From Eledone cirrhosa (Eukaryota), in NCBI GenBank assembly GCA_964016885.1, contig OZ024742.1, positions 119,350,001 to 119,414,000 of the forward strand: 64,000 bases of DNA, given 5' to 3'. Numbering within the stretch: the stretch's first letter is position 1; every line of letters begins with the position of its first letter. The notes below the pieces were generated by a model. The model was not told the DNA's origin and ran no database searches. It was given only the letters and a program-made list of their open reading frames with translations. Below, piece after piece: positions 41,911-54,959 of this stretch. A program made the translations under genes and the position numbers.

Positions 41911-44836
41911 ATAATAAAGTTACCACTCACTTATGTGGAGTGAAAATGAAAGCTAAAGTCACCACTCACTTATGTGGAGTGAAAATGAAAAAACAAAGGA
42001 ATTCCCACAAGAAATCTACTTGGCAAGAGAACATCAATCGCCAAATAAACCTTCTCCGATCTGACATAGAAATCTTAACAAACTACAAAGTAAGTGAACA
42101 TGTTAAACAAACTAAACTTAGAAAATTGAAAGTATAAAATCAACAAGTGACATAGACATGCTGATAGAAATAATGAAGCAAAGAATTTCGGCCAAAGCTG
42201 CTCGTATAAGGCGCTTTGAAAAACGATCTAGATTCTATAAGGAAAATAATTTGTTCAAAAACAACCAAAGAAACTTCTACAGAAAAATTGGCAAGTCAAG
42301 AATAACTGCTAAATCAATACCACCCAAGGAGGAAGTGCAAGAATTCTGGTAAAAGATCTGGGCCGAAGAAAAAGTTCATAATACACATGCCCCATGGACA
42401 GACAGACAAATGAAAGATACAGCTTACCTTGAGGAACAAACATGGGAAAATATAACAGTTGAACAGTTGCGTTTGGCTCTTAGAAAAATCAGCAAATGGA
42501 AATCCCCAGGAAAAGACAACATACCAAATTTTTGGATAAATGCCTTCACAGAGTCTCATGAGCTGTTAGCCTAACTTTACAATGAAATAGTTAAGGAGCC
42601 AGAAAAGATACCATCATGGCTAGTTAACGGCATTACATTCCTACTTCCGAAGAATGATGAGACAAACAATCCTAAAAATTACAGACCGATAACTTGCTTG
42701 ACCACAATGTATAACATTTTAACATCAGTCCTAACTGAATATACATATGACCACCTAATAACAAATGATCTATTTCCCAATGAGCAGAAAGGGTGTAAAC
42801 GAGGCTCATATGGCTGTAAAGATCAGCTTTTGGTTAACAAGATGATACTGGAAGATTGTCAAAATAGACACAAAAATCTATCAGTTATTTGGATAGATTA
42901 TAAAAAAAGCATTCGATAGTTTGCCACACATTTGGATTGAAAAATGTTTAGAGATTTTCAAAATATCTCCCGTTGTCAGGAGGTTCCTGTCATTCAGTAT
43001 GAATAGTGAAAAATATATTAATTGTGGAATTTTTCAGGGTGACTCTTTATCACCGCTTTTATTCTGCATCGCACTTATACCATTAAGTAAAATGCTCAGT
43101 GAAACAAAACATGGATATAAAGTCTATGACAAAACCATTAATCACTTGTCCAACATGGATGACCTGAAACTATTTGCAAAAAATGATGAACAATTGCAAG
43201 GTCTATTATCCACTGTGGAGCAGTTCAGTGATGACATTAAAATGGAGTTTGGACTAGATAAATGCGCCAAAGCAACATTCACAAGAGGAAAGCTGCTGAA
43301 AAGTTCAGACATTAATCTTGATCAGGGGAATGTGATAAGAGAACTTGATCAAGAGGAAACTTACAAATATCTAGGTGTTTGTGAAGGAGACGGAATCAAG
43401 CACTCGACAATGAGGGAAAGGATAAGGAAGGAATGTTACCGCAGAGTAAGAGCAATCTTAAGAACGAAATTGAATGCAAGGAATAGGATCGATGCCATAA
43501 ACACGCTTGCCATACCAGTAGTAACCTACAGTTACAATGTCATCAACTGGTCAAGCACAGAGATCCGTAGGCTCTATACAAAAATTAGAAAATGTTTATC
43601 CATGCACAGAATGTATCACCCTAAGGCAGATACAGATAGAATATATCTCCCTAGGAAAGAAGGAGGACGTGGGTTAATCCAGTTAGAGATTGCGTTGAAA
43701 ACTGCAACAATTGGATTAGCTACATATCTAAGGGAATCACATGATTGGATGATCAAACTCGTTTTGAAACACGAAAGCATCAAAAGATCATACTCCATTA
43801 CAAAAGATGCACAAAGATTCAGTAATGGACTACACATTTCAGAAGTCCTATTTACTGCTGAAATGGAAAAAACAGAAAAAGCAAAGCAGGTAAAAGTAAC
43901 TGCAAAGAAAGAACTGATACAGAAACTGGCTAAGAAATGGCAAGAAAAGCCTCTGTATGGAAAATACCCAGAAAGAGTTAACAATCCTGATGTTGACAAA
44001 ACTTTAACCCATCAGTGGTTGGCATCCTCTGGACTGAAATCGGAGACTGAAGGACTGATTATATCAGCACAAGATCAGTGTCTGCCAACAAAAATTACCA
44101 AGCCAACATAATAAAAAATGGAATCAACCCAGTATGCCGTGTATGTAAAAAAACAACCAGAGACCATTGATCATATAATTTCAATGTGCAGTCCTATAGC
44201 TCCAACCGAATACCTAAACAGGCATGACAGAGCTGCACAATGGATAATGTGTAAGCATTTTGACCTGCCCCATCAAAAGAATTGGTGGGAGCATCAACCA
44301 CCTCCCATACTTGAAAAAGATTACATCTCAATCTTGTGGAACTTTAGCATCCAAACAGACCGAAAAATAGATGCAAATAGACCTGATATAATACTGTAGG
44401 ACTTCAAAAAGAGGGTATGCCTACTAATTGATATGTCCGTTCCAATAGACAAGAATGTATCTATAAAAACATTTGAAAAATTGAGCAAGTATAAGAACCT
44501 GGAGATAGAAATTGGAAAAAATGTGGAAATTGAGAACTAAAACAATACCAGTGGTTGTAGGCGCTCTATGAATGATATATAAGGGGTCTAATGATTACTT
44601 ATCGCAAATCCCAGGAAACCCGCGTATAGGAGAAATACAAAAGATAGTACTAATGGGAACTGCCCATATACTAAGGAAGATTCTGTCAATATAAGTACAT
44701 CACAAGTCTAAACACCTAAAGATGCATGTGTGTGTATGTATGTTCTTTCTTGAACATGGCGGACCTTGTCTCTTGACGTCACTGGTTGTGACTTGGTGAT
44801 AACTCGTATGAACATAAAGCAAGATAAATGCAACTG
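41911..44836 (+). mobile_element. Second, divergent R4/Dong-clade LINE, defective
   Basis: EQKGCKRGSYGCKDQLL, GIFQGDSLSP, MDDLK, RHD, NRPDII; ends in (TAA)n. Confidence 0.9.
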
Positions 44837-44937
44837 TAATAATAATAATAATGATAATAATAATGGTTTCTTTATTGGCCACAAGGGCTGACACGAAGAA
44901 AAATATTAGAGACGGCACAGAACAGTAGAGGACGATA

Positions 44938-45442
44938 CACATTCTGAGAAGTGGTATGAGCATAAGCCAGAGTCGGTGATAGAAAACGATCAGGTGAAGG
45001 TGCTATGGGATTTTAGGATGCAGACGTATAAGGAACTGGAACACAATAGGCCTGACCTGGTGGTTTTGGACAAGGAAAAAAGATCGTGCCTGATTGTGGA
45101 TATAGCCTCCCCATTTGACACGAGAGTGCAAGAAAAGGAGAGGGAGAAAATTAACCGATACCAGGACTTAAAGTGTGAGGTAAAAAGGATTTGGAACTGC
45201 CATGAAGTCAGAGTCGTCCCGATTGTCATAGGCACACTAGGTACTATCTCAAAGAGTTTCCAAGGATGGTTAAAGAAAGTTTGTCCAGTCCCGCTTTTTG
45301 GAACACTTCAAAAGGCATGCTTGCTGGGAACAGCAAGAACCCTCCGATACGTCCTGAATATCTGAGGCTGCAGGTAGTGGCTTGATATTCATTTCAACAA
45401 ACTTTCCAGTTAAATAACATCAATGCCTGAGACTCAAAGAAC
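44938..45442 (+). mobile_element. 3' fragment of the first R4/Dong family
   Basis: Highly similar to 36604-37107; flanked by an 84-bp duplication. Confidence 0.9.
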
Positions 45443-46590
45443 AATAATAATGGTTTCTTTATTGGCCACAAGGGCTGACACGAAGAAAAATATTAGAGAC
45501 GGCACAGAACAGTACAGGACGATACAAAGTGGGTTTTAGTCGTGTAAACAGGTTGTAACAAAATCGGGCTAGAAATCCTAAAAAATTCAAACAACAAAAA
45601 TTCCCCAAGAAGGGGGAAACCTCCGAGGGTCACTCGTGGCGAAAACCACACAAAAGATCACGGCCACCCTGACCACCAAGGCAAGCGCCCTCTCTCAGTT
45701 TTCCCACTCCCCAGTCTACAGGGGCACACCCAGAGCGGGCAGGTTCACTCGGACCAGACTCGCCACTTTCACCCACCTTTCAACACACTTAATAGAAGAC
45801 AGTACTTGCCTCTCCACCCTGATTTTCCTCTTCAAGTGAAACATGAAAAAGTTAATCAGGGATTGACCGGAGGGGAAAGTGTCCGTCTTCAACCCTTTCA
45901 ACCCTGTCCACCACACAATCTCTTTCGCTATGGCCACCAGGCAGATGAACACTGCCTGCCATTCCTCCTCTTTAAAGGAGGATGGCGATGCTATCTGAAG
46001 AATGAACTCAGTCGATAACCGGATCAGTCTTCCACGCGACAGCAACTGTACGACATAGCTCCACAAGTCAGCAATTCTCGGGCACTGAACGAGTGCGTGC
46101 AGGCTCGGCTGACAGCACCTCCGTGCTTGTAGAGCTTATCTCGAACCGGTAACGCTCCCCGGTAGCACTGCCATGCCAGAGATTTCTGGAAGTTGTCCAT
46201 AGGCCCCGGGCTAAAAGTTCTCTGGAAGAGAGCGAACACCTGATCGTCTTCGACGCCCAGGCTCTCCTCGAGAACGTCGTCCCTCTTCCCCATCCACTAG
46301 TCCTCTATAGAACGCCGAGGTGGATGTTCCACCGATTCTAGTGCCCAGCTGGTAGAAGGCGGTGAGCGCTTGGAGACATTGGGTACCTGTCAGACAGTTG
46401 AAACCAGCTGATCGGGTACTTGAGGCTTTTGCAGCCACCTCTACCACTCGCTCCTATCATCTACTCCCACACAATCCCAGCGTGCGTCTAAGATGCTGTT
46501 CCAGCCCCCCGCTAACAGTAAAGAGCGAGACGTTCCCAAAAAGGCTTCCAGGCACCTAAAGAAATCCGACCGTCCGGTCCCAGCAGACAA
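45443..46590 (-). mobile_element. Internally deleted L1/Tx1 copy
   Basis: 3' region homologous to 37545-38530, joined directly to APE-region sequence homologous to ~40760-40890. Confidence 0.85.
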
Positions 46591-48003
46591 CTGTTGTTGC
46601 TGAAATATATGTAAAATATTATTGCCCATGGTTTCTTGTCTTTCATTGTCTTTGTAAAAATATTTTTCACATCACCCAAAGCCTCAAGTAACTTAGTACT
46701 TTCTAAACATATATTTATAGCTCAATATCCATAAAGTTCATTGCTTTTAATATCTAGATTTCACGCAAATATTTATAGTCCTGCAATTTCTACTATTTTC
46801 TCGCCAGGATTTAGTCAATAGGTGACAATATATCAACTGTGAAAATTATCTGAGTACAATTAGAAAATTTATCAAAAATGTCACAAACTATCAGTGAAGC
46901 GAACATTCCCAAGCGGCAACGTAAATCACATACAAATGTTTTTTTTATAACAAAATTGCATTTTCATACCATTAGAAATTTAATATGTCGAAACTTTTGG
47001 CTACTTGACTACAATTATGAAAAATTGTGTTAATTATCTAAAAAGAAAGAGCGATAAAGAGAGAGAGGGGGGGGAGGGTGCAGTTTCAACGTTGTAGAAA
47101 ATACGATACATATATTTTTGAGAGTTTAAATTCGTCTTAAAAATGTTTCCAGCGTTGACTCCAGCCTTAACATGGCATGGTGAAATTAATGTATAACATA
47201 TAACATGTAATCGCCATATTAAAATTATATAAGCGTGATGCAAATTTTTACTAAAGAATTTAATGTGTTCTTCAAGCGTTCATAAATTTCAAACATTTAA
47301 ATACATTTATCAGAATTGAAAGCAATGCTGTTAATATTCAGAAGATCATAGATCACACTAATGTCTTTAAATCTTAAAAACTAGTAGAATGTCCACCCCT
47401 GTGAACATTTCTCGCGATCGATAACGATATCAACTACGTTATTACTTTATTTTATGTCAAGACTTTAATTTTGAGTTTTTTTTGTTGCCAATAAATCAAA
47501 TATTTGATAGAAATATTTGGAGCACCGAGAATAAGGGTATTCCACGGTGATTTGTTTTGGATCCGTACAAACTGTTTCGTTTGAGTTGTATTTCCTTGGG
47601 AACCCGAGCTAATCTATATTCAGTCTCGGGATAATCGATACTTTAATGCTAGATTTCTCCGGATGCCCGATGCCTTTAAAGAGCTATTTTTTATCTTGTA
47701 TTGTTTAGGGTACTTTGGTACTTTTTCTTGGGAGACATACAGTTCTTGTATGAGATCTAATGTCGTGAGTCATATAACCCATTGAACTAGATAGGCACCA
47801 GTGAACATTGGGTGTTAATATCTACTAAAATGAAAGCTTAGAAACACATGTTAATATTCTAGAGTTGCTGCAACTATATTATGACAAAATATATTTAATA
47901 AAGCTTACGTTTTTAAAACAAAATTCATATGCAAGATGTCTCCCATGAGAGCGTGTCTCCATTGTAATAATAGTTTCGAATTTAAGCACATGGCCAACAT
48001 CTC

Positions 48004-48047
<44 letters not shown>

Positions 48048-48379
48048 TAAGTATAAATTATCTTACAAAATTGTAGAAAAACGAAAAAGAAATTTAGCAG
48101 GTCGTAAAATAGAATACTTGGAAATGTATTACACTCACCAGTATTAAAAACATCTGTTTATATTATGTTATAGTAATGAAAATGCTTTTAAGTTGTCAGT
48201 TGATCTGATAGAAATACGTGACAAAACCTCTCACAATCATACACTACCATCTTAAAAATAGAAGGAACACATTGAATAAAATAATTCTGAATACACTATG
48301 ATTGACAGAAACATGAGATGATCACATGTGGAATGGCCAAGTATGCTCAATAAGGACTAATTTGGGGCGAAACTTTTAC

Positions 48380-49950
48380 TGCCACCGTTGTGTGTTATTT
48401 TATAACACCACATCAACCCAATACGTTCACAAGTACAGACGTTGTATCCACCATCCTTTACCTTTAAATAGAGTTATCTTCTGTCCTCACCGAACTTATC
48501 AATCTTTACGCCTCTACTTAGATATATATTCTAATCTAATCTATATCTTAATCTCCATGACGGTGAGTCGCATTTTCAAAAAAAAGTAACCTCTCTGACC
48601 CTGATAACTTCTATCCTATAGACTTCATTTCCAGCAATCTCAAAAATAGAAACAGTTTAGTTTAAGCGACTATTTTCTTTATTACCTGGTGTTTTATTTT
48701 CTATTCTCAATGACTACAACTACAAAGAACCATATCTATTGATCCCCTCACACTGGTCTCTCGTCTATAAGAAGTTTGGCAAAAGCACCACACTGGATTG
48801 CATCCGATTTGCGTAAGGCGTAGAGGCTGGAGGTCCACTGAGTGGAGGGGCGATAGGAAATCTGTAGAGTGGAGGCTGTGTTGGCTTCATGTCGTGTAGC
48901 CCACGTCGAGTTCCCTGATCACAATAGGTTCTGTTGACACAAGAGAAACTATGATCAGATATGAGAACTTCTAAAGTTATATTCTAATAGATTCAGTTAG
49001 TGACACATCTCTTACCTCAGGTTTTCTACCACATCTCTTGTTTACCGAAGCCTGATACAATGATGGGTCTCTCTCCAACTCAAATTCTTCCATCACTGGT
49101 ATATCACAAGCTTCCTGTATGCCACTTTCATTTCTTTTCAACATTAATTTATTTATCTGTACATATATGCTGTTACTTCTAACCCTATAATATTCTTACA
49201 CAGAGCAGATGACATTCACTTCATTTTTCGTTAACCCCTGCACACCGGTGTTATTTACATCAAATAAAATATCGCACATTAGATATACACACAGTCTATG
49301 AACAGACACTTCAAAAGTACAATTCAATGGGGGAATTAGAAACTAATCTCTTTCAGCAACAACATGATACAATCACAGCATATTCCAAGAAATCAGACTT
49401 GCATTACATCCTCCTTATTTCTGAGAAATACACAAATAAAGTCTTCAAAGTGTCTAGACATGCTAGGCCTCTTTGATGACCTCTAACTATGACAATGCAT
49501 GTAGTATTTCCAAATCTACATCCAAAGACTAGACATCACATCATTCGTCATCATAAAACGCATTAACTATACTCAATTGCTGATTTGCTACGAAGGTCAA
49601 GTGAGATTCACATTACCGTATTGTTGACTTTGGTACCGATTATACACGCACATACAAATCTCTACTGCATGCAAATAAAACCATTCGATTAGTTGTCAAA
49701 ATGTCATGCAATGGCGAACAAACGCTCTGTTTCCTCCGTGTGTATCTTTTATCGCTGATGCTACAATGTCTTCTGCATTTCTAAACTAACAAGCTACATA
49801 AAAACCACACCCTGTAGTCACTACTCACTCCTAAATGCTTTTCCCAACAATTTCTCTGTGCTCTGGAATTTCATTCTTACCCATTTTTCCTGTCGGTGGC
49901 AAACTACAGAAGTTCAAAATGAATATCAATCACATCACTCTCGTATATTT
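48380..49950 (+). pseudogene. Highly decayed CR1/Jockey-like LINE RT remnant
   Basis: Traces of P.NF.PI, PQ(G) and H.ADD motifs in order. Confidence 0.4.
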
Positions 49951-50638
49951 GACAGCCACTAGAAGCCTACAGAGTTTATGAATATTGCCTCTTCTTTTCT
50001 GAGTAATGAATAGTTAAGCATCTAACTTGTCACCCGCTAAACGTAAATTATAGATTTATTGGAAAGAAAACGCTAGATACTTTAGTGGATTTATTTCGAT
50101 TGCTTTGATAACATTTTTTTGCAAATGATACATGTTGTAAATCAGTATTTTTCTGTTGTCGTCATCATTCTTATTTGAAATATCAGAATCCATTAGTTTA
50201 AGACATAAATCTACTATAATACTGATACGATAAAAGTATAGGAAATAACGTTGTTGTTGTTTCATTTAAAATTCAAGATTTTCACGAAATTTCTTTATAT
50301 TACTTGTTTGAGTGTGTTATCAAAGATTAAATATTCATGTTCCGCCTAGTAATCGTGCTACGTATATCTTCCGGTAATATTCAATGCACTTATCTTTCAA
50401 CATGGTTGAAAAAGAGTAATAAATTCAATTCATAGGTTAATTTTGTCATGATACATTTTGAAAAAAGGTCTCCAGCTATAATGGTGTTTCTTAATGGAGA
50501 AAGGTTACGTCTAATCAGTTTAAATTAGCAATACATTATAACTCATCAAAATTATTGCACAACTACTAAAGTTAATGTAAATCCTTCCCTAAGGATGCAC
50601 AATAATACCAAGGAAAGGACATGAAATATATATATATA

Positions 50639-51225
50639 TGTATAAATGTTTCGTATCTCCAAAGAAATACGGTTTTAAGAAGCCGTAGCTATGCAAACAC
50701 CCTCTGGTGATGTCCAGCAGAAACAAGGGGGACAACCGTCTTTGCATATCAGACTTAACTGGCCTTCGTCAGGACGGTCCCTCCCACCGCTAGCGACTGC
50801 TAGACTAGAAGACAGGCGAGAATATATACTTTTCTCGTCTGTGTAAATGAGGTGATTAATCTCATTTACATATGAAGCTGCATAAGTTGGCTCAACTTAT
50901 AATAAAAAAGAAATAGGATTTCGCTTCAAGCATAGCTTTATACAATATGTATAAATATTTCGTATCTCCAAAGAAATATGGTTTTAGGAAGCCGTAGCTA
51001 TGCCGGGCTAACGCCCTCTGGTGATGTCCAGCAGAAGCAAGGGGGACAACCGTCTATGCATATCAGGCTTAACTGGCCTTCGTCAGGACGGTCCCTCCCA
51101 CCGCTTGCGACTGCTGGACTAGAAGACGGGCGAGAATATATACCTCTTGGTTCTGCTGGACATCACGAGAGGGCGTTACCCCCTCCCCGATGTTGGGAGG
51201 GGGTAACGCCGATCTTGGCTTAGAA
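50639..51225 (-). mobile_element. Tandem ~190-bp direct repeats each with an HHR, plus terminal hairpins (retrozyme/pLTR-like)
   Basis: 50639-50830 is similar to 50948-51144; HHR period 314 bp; 51009-51044 inverted vs 51143-51178; hairpin 51171-51210. Confidence 0.7.
51048..51093 (-). ncRNA. Minimal type-I hammerhead motif with GAUA in place of GAAA (second copy 50734-50779)
   Basis: GACCGUC CUGACGA AGGC-CAGUUAA-GCCU GAUA UGCA UA GACGGUU. Confidence 0.7.
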
Positions 51226-51239
51226 TAGTCCCCCTTCTT

Positions 51240-51525
51240 GTACTTGCGGCAGAACACAAGCAGACACGAAGAATTGAAGCAGGATTTGGGGGTCAAGCTG
51301 GAATCTGACTTCAGATCAGAAAGTAAAATATTCTGGTAGACCATCCGCCGACTTCGTAATGAGAAGCCTCCTCTACATCCGATGTCAGGGACGTGGCTGG
51401 AGTTCTTCTCTCTTCAGAGAGGTGCATCTTCGCGAGGTGGGGAGAATACTTTGCTGATATCCTAATCCCTATTACAACAGCCTCTTCTGATGTACACGAG
51501 GTGCATCTGGGAGCAGTGACTAATA
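51240..51525 (+). mobile_element. RTE internal fragment
   Basis: Homologous to 21460-21660 (SSERCI.ARW.EYFAD). Confidence 0.7.
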
Positions 51526-51721
51526 TATATATATATTTGCAAGCATTCTTTTCCTATTTGAACATCGTTACTCTGGATTTGTTAGATTTATTACTGTTAT
51601 TGATTTACCATCATCTGTTCGTTTGACGTTCCTCGCTTAACAGAACTGAGAAAAACAAAAGTGTTACATATTCATATTTTCCTTCTCTTACCAGAAAAAT
51701 CTCGACCGCCGTATAAAAAAT

Positions 51722-51900
51722 AATTGTTTCTACTTTTGGCACAAGGCCAGCAATTACCCAGTGTATTACTGGTACTTTATTTTATCGACCCCGTAAGGAT
51801 GAAAGGCAAAGTTAACCTCGGCGGGATTTGAACTCAGAATGGAAAGGGCCGTAACTCTTTGCGCCAAAGCATGGCGTCCGACCCTCTACCGATACTGCCA
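51722..51900 (-). mobile_element. MetaSINE-like SINE
   Basis: Full consensus match; TSD-like aaaaaataat. Confidence 0.9.
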
Positions 51901-53248
51901 AAAAAATAATACGCCTGCGTCTGTGTACGTGTGTATGTATTCATGTGTTTGGGGGAGATCTACAACCATAGCGTTCACGCCATGAGGAGTTGCTCTCTCC
52001 AATTCTCCACATACATAAAAGTATGAATTATTCATAAAAACTCTATTTCTGGCAAGACGTACATTTAAAACTATATTTCTTTATTCAAATAGAAACGGCT
52101 GCGTCAGTGATCGTCTGAAACTGCTGAGAGAAAGGCAGATTGTTTTGATATGCTCAGACGAGAGACATTGTCCGAATACTTTCAACAGGAGTCACTGCTA
52201 AAATTATTCAGGACTCATCGGGTGATTGATGAAGTAAAAACAGGTTATATGCATCCGACTATCTTCTACACTTTCCGCCGAGCAGAATTTGAGTGTATCA
52301 GATACTATGAAGACGTTTATTCAAGGTGACAACTGGATAGTGAAGGGAAATTCTCAATCACGTGGCTATGCGTGCAGCGCCCTCATCTACATAACAATGA
52401 TCTTCTCATCACCTTCTTTGATTTGCATCTATGAATAAGGCGTATACAATAACTGATTCAGCCAATTTCCTGTGCCAACATTAATCACTCACTGTATTCG
52501 TTAATTCTGCCACTTTATTTTGCTACGTGGCTTCTGTCGCGTATCTCTTCTTCTGTCACAATTAACTGTAAAAGGTTCATCGGAAACCTACATCTTCGTT
52601 CCTGTTAATCTAACACCTCGATCGTAAGTGCTATTTTCCACGTAGACATAATCCGTTTGGGTCCTGTCTGTTCATGTTTACAGTCACTGCTCCGATATGA
52701 ACACAAACAAACATACATACGGTCACACACTGTACTCACTCACACTTGGGCAAAACTAAAAAAAAAAAACACATCAAAAGCTGGTCATTACATAAATATG
52801 TTGTTGACAAAGTAATACAAACTTTTCTAGAATATACATGTTACACTGAGTTTCCTGCTCAATTAATCATTCGTCAGATAATTTCCTTGATCAACGAATG
52901 TTGGGATATTTTAAAATTATTCAGACTTCCTATTATTTGCCAACTGGGATATAAATATTGTAAGCGGCGCAACTATTAATAAATAAAAATAAAGTGATCT
53001 TTTTGTTAAGGAAACTGAAGAAATGGGAGCAAAAATTGCGAGGATAAAAAAAAAAAATTAAAACGTTGAAATGAATTAAATAAAAAAAAGAAAATCGAAG
53101 TATACAAAATTAAATCAATGAGAATGAAATTGGAGATAAAATTAGAATAATGTAAAAGGAAGAGAAGAGAAAACTTATTTAGTACATTACCGTTTGACAA
53201 TAGATTATATATATATATATATATAGATAGATAGATAGAGAGAGAGTG

Positions 53249-53340
<92 letters not shown>

Positions 53341-53341
<1 letters not shown>

Positions 53342-53420
53342 GGGTCCTGAATATTTTCATATTACCCACTCTACTACCCCAAGTATCGAGTACTTTGGTG
53401 GTATCTTACCCACTCTCTGA
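53341..53420 (+). mobile_element. Solo 3' tail of the 16103 HHR family
   Basis: ggggtc...tattacccactctactaccc.aagtat.gagtactttggtg matches 16198-16255. Confidence 0.7.
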
Positions 53421-53426
53421 TATATA

Positions 53427-54178
53427 TATTAGTATTGGTATTCTGAAATAGCGATGTATACATGAATGTATGTATAGTATATTTGGCAATATACCGTATG
53501 TTTAATTAAAAAACATTTTGAAGACCATTCGCTATGAGTTTTTAAGTAGTGACTATATCATTTACTTATTCTCGGCAAAAACAAAGCAGAATGATCGACA
53601 GTCCTGTTTCTCGCTCGTTAGCGTTTATCCAGACCACACACACTCCCTTGCTTCTGTCGAGATATATAGAAGCTGAATTCTTATAGAGTTCCAGTAATAT
53701 TTAAGAGCTGATTAAACAGGATGGTTGCCGGTCCAGCAAAAATTCTTTGTTTTTGCCTAGAATAAGTAAGTGACATAGTCACTACTTTAAAACTCATAGC
53801 GAATGGTCTTCAAAATGTTTTTAATTAAACATACAGTATATTGTCAAATATACTATATATACATTCATGTATACATCTCTATTTCAGAGAACCAATATTA
53901 ATACATAATTGTTTCTACTTTTGGCACAAGGCCAGCAATTACCCAGTGCATTACTGGTACTTTATTTTATCGACCCCGTAAGGATGAAAGGCAAAATTAA
54001 CCTCGGCGGGATTTGAACTCAGATCGTAAAGGGACGTAACTATGCTGGAAAGCATGGCGTCCGACCCTCTACCGATACTGCCAATCCACCGCCCTTAATA
54101 CATAATGTTTGCTAGACCGGCAACCGCTCTGTGAATCAGCTCTTAAATATTACTGGAATTCTATAAGAATCCAGCTTA
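53427..54178. repeat. Interleaved inverted repeats A-B-A'-[SINE]-B'
   Basis: A 53427-53586 / A' 53745-53902; B 53670-53742 / B' 54105-54178. Confidence 0.85.
53907..54093 (-). mobile_element. MetaSINE-like SINE with TSD ttaatacataat
   Basis: Full-length consensus with duplicated target. Confidence 0.92.
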
Positions 54179-54250
54179 GAGATGGAATGTTAAATATTAT
54201 AGTGGAGTTAATATTTACGGATAGTTAAATACAGAAGGTAAGCAGAGTGG

Positions 54251-54592
54251 GTATAATCAAAAATATATGGAGGAGAAAGCATGACATTTAAAAACAAGAT
54301 TTAACTCTTATACGGTGTTTCGTCTTTTTTTTTACCTCCAAGCATTCTTCTTAAAGAATAAATGTATCATGAATGTGTAGCCTCGCTTTGCTGTCATTAC
54401 GAACCATCGAACTCTTTAAGGACAATAATTTTTCTCTGACGAGTCTTATAAGTGCATCTCTACTGTAGTATATATACACACATTTATGTCTACCTACTGT
54501 ATTATAAATGTATTTGAAGACGAAACACCGTGTAACAATTAAATCTGGTTTTTAAATGTCTTGCTTGCTCCTCCATATAATTTTGATTACAC
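54251..54592 (+). mobile_element. Fold-back HHR mini-element
   Basis: 54251-54326 is an inverted copy of 54517-54592; HHR in the forward copy. Confidence 0.75.
54427..54540 (+). ncRNA. Type-I hammerhead motif with extended stem II
   Basis: UUCU CUGACGA GUCUU(a)UAAGUGCAU...AUGUAUUUG AAGAC GAAA CACCGUG UA; stem I pairs better with the inverted copy (AGAG). Confidence 0.7.
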
Positions 54593-54959
54593 ACACATAC
54601 GCGCGCGCGCACACACACACACACACACATACACACACACGCGCACGCGCACACACAGACACACACACACACACTTTCTTTCTCTTTTTAGATAATAAAC
54701 ACAATTTTTCATAATTGTCGTCAAATAGCCAAAAGCTTCGACATTAAATTTATAATGGTATGAAAATGCAATTATATATACACGTTATATATACTGACAT
54801 TAAAGAAATGGGACGACTGGCAGAAATAGAACCCATATTATTCACTTGCCGTGCGACTGCAGCGCCACCCATTATATTATAGATCGTCAACCAATCTCAT
54901 AATTTGAGTTTCATTTTCCTGTTTCTTTTTTCAATTTTTTTAAATTTTTATTTCAACAA

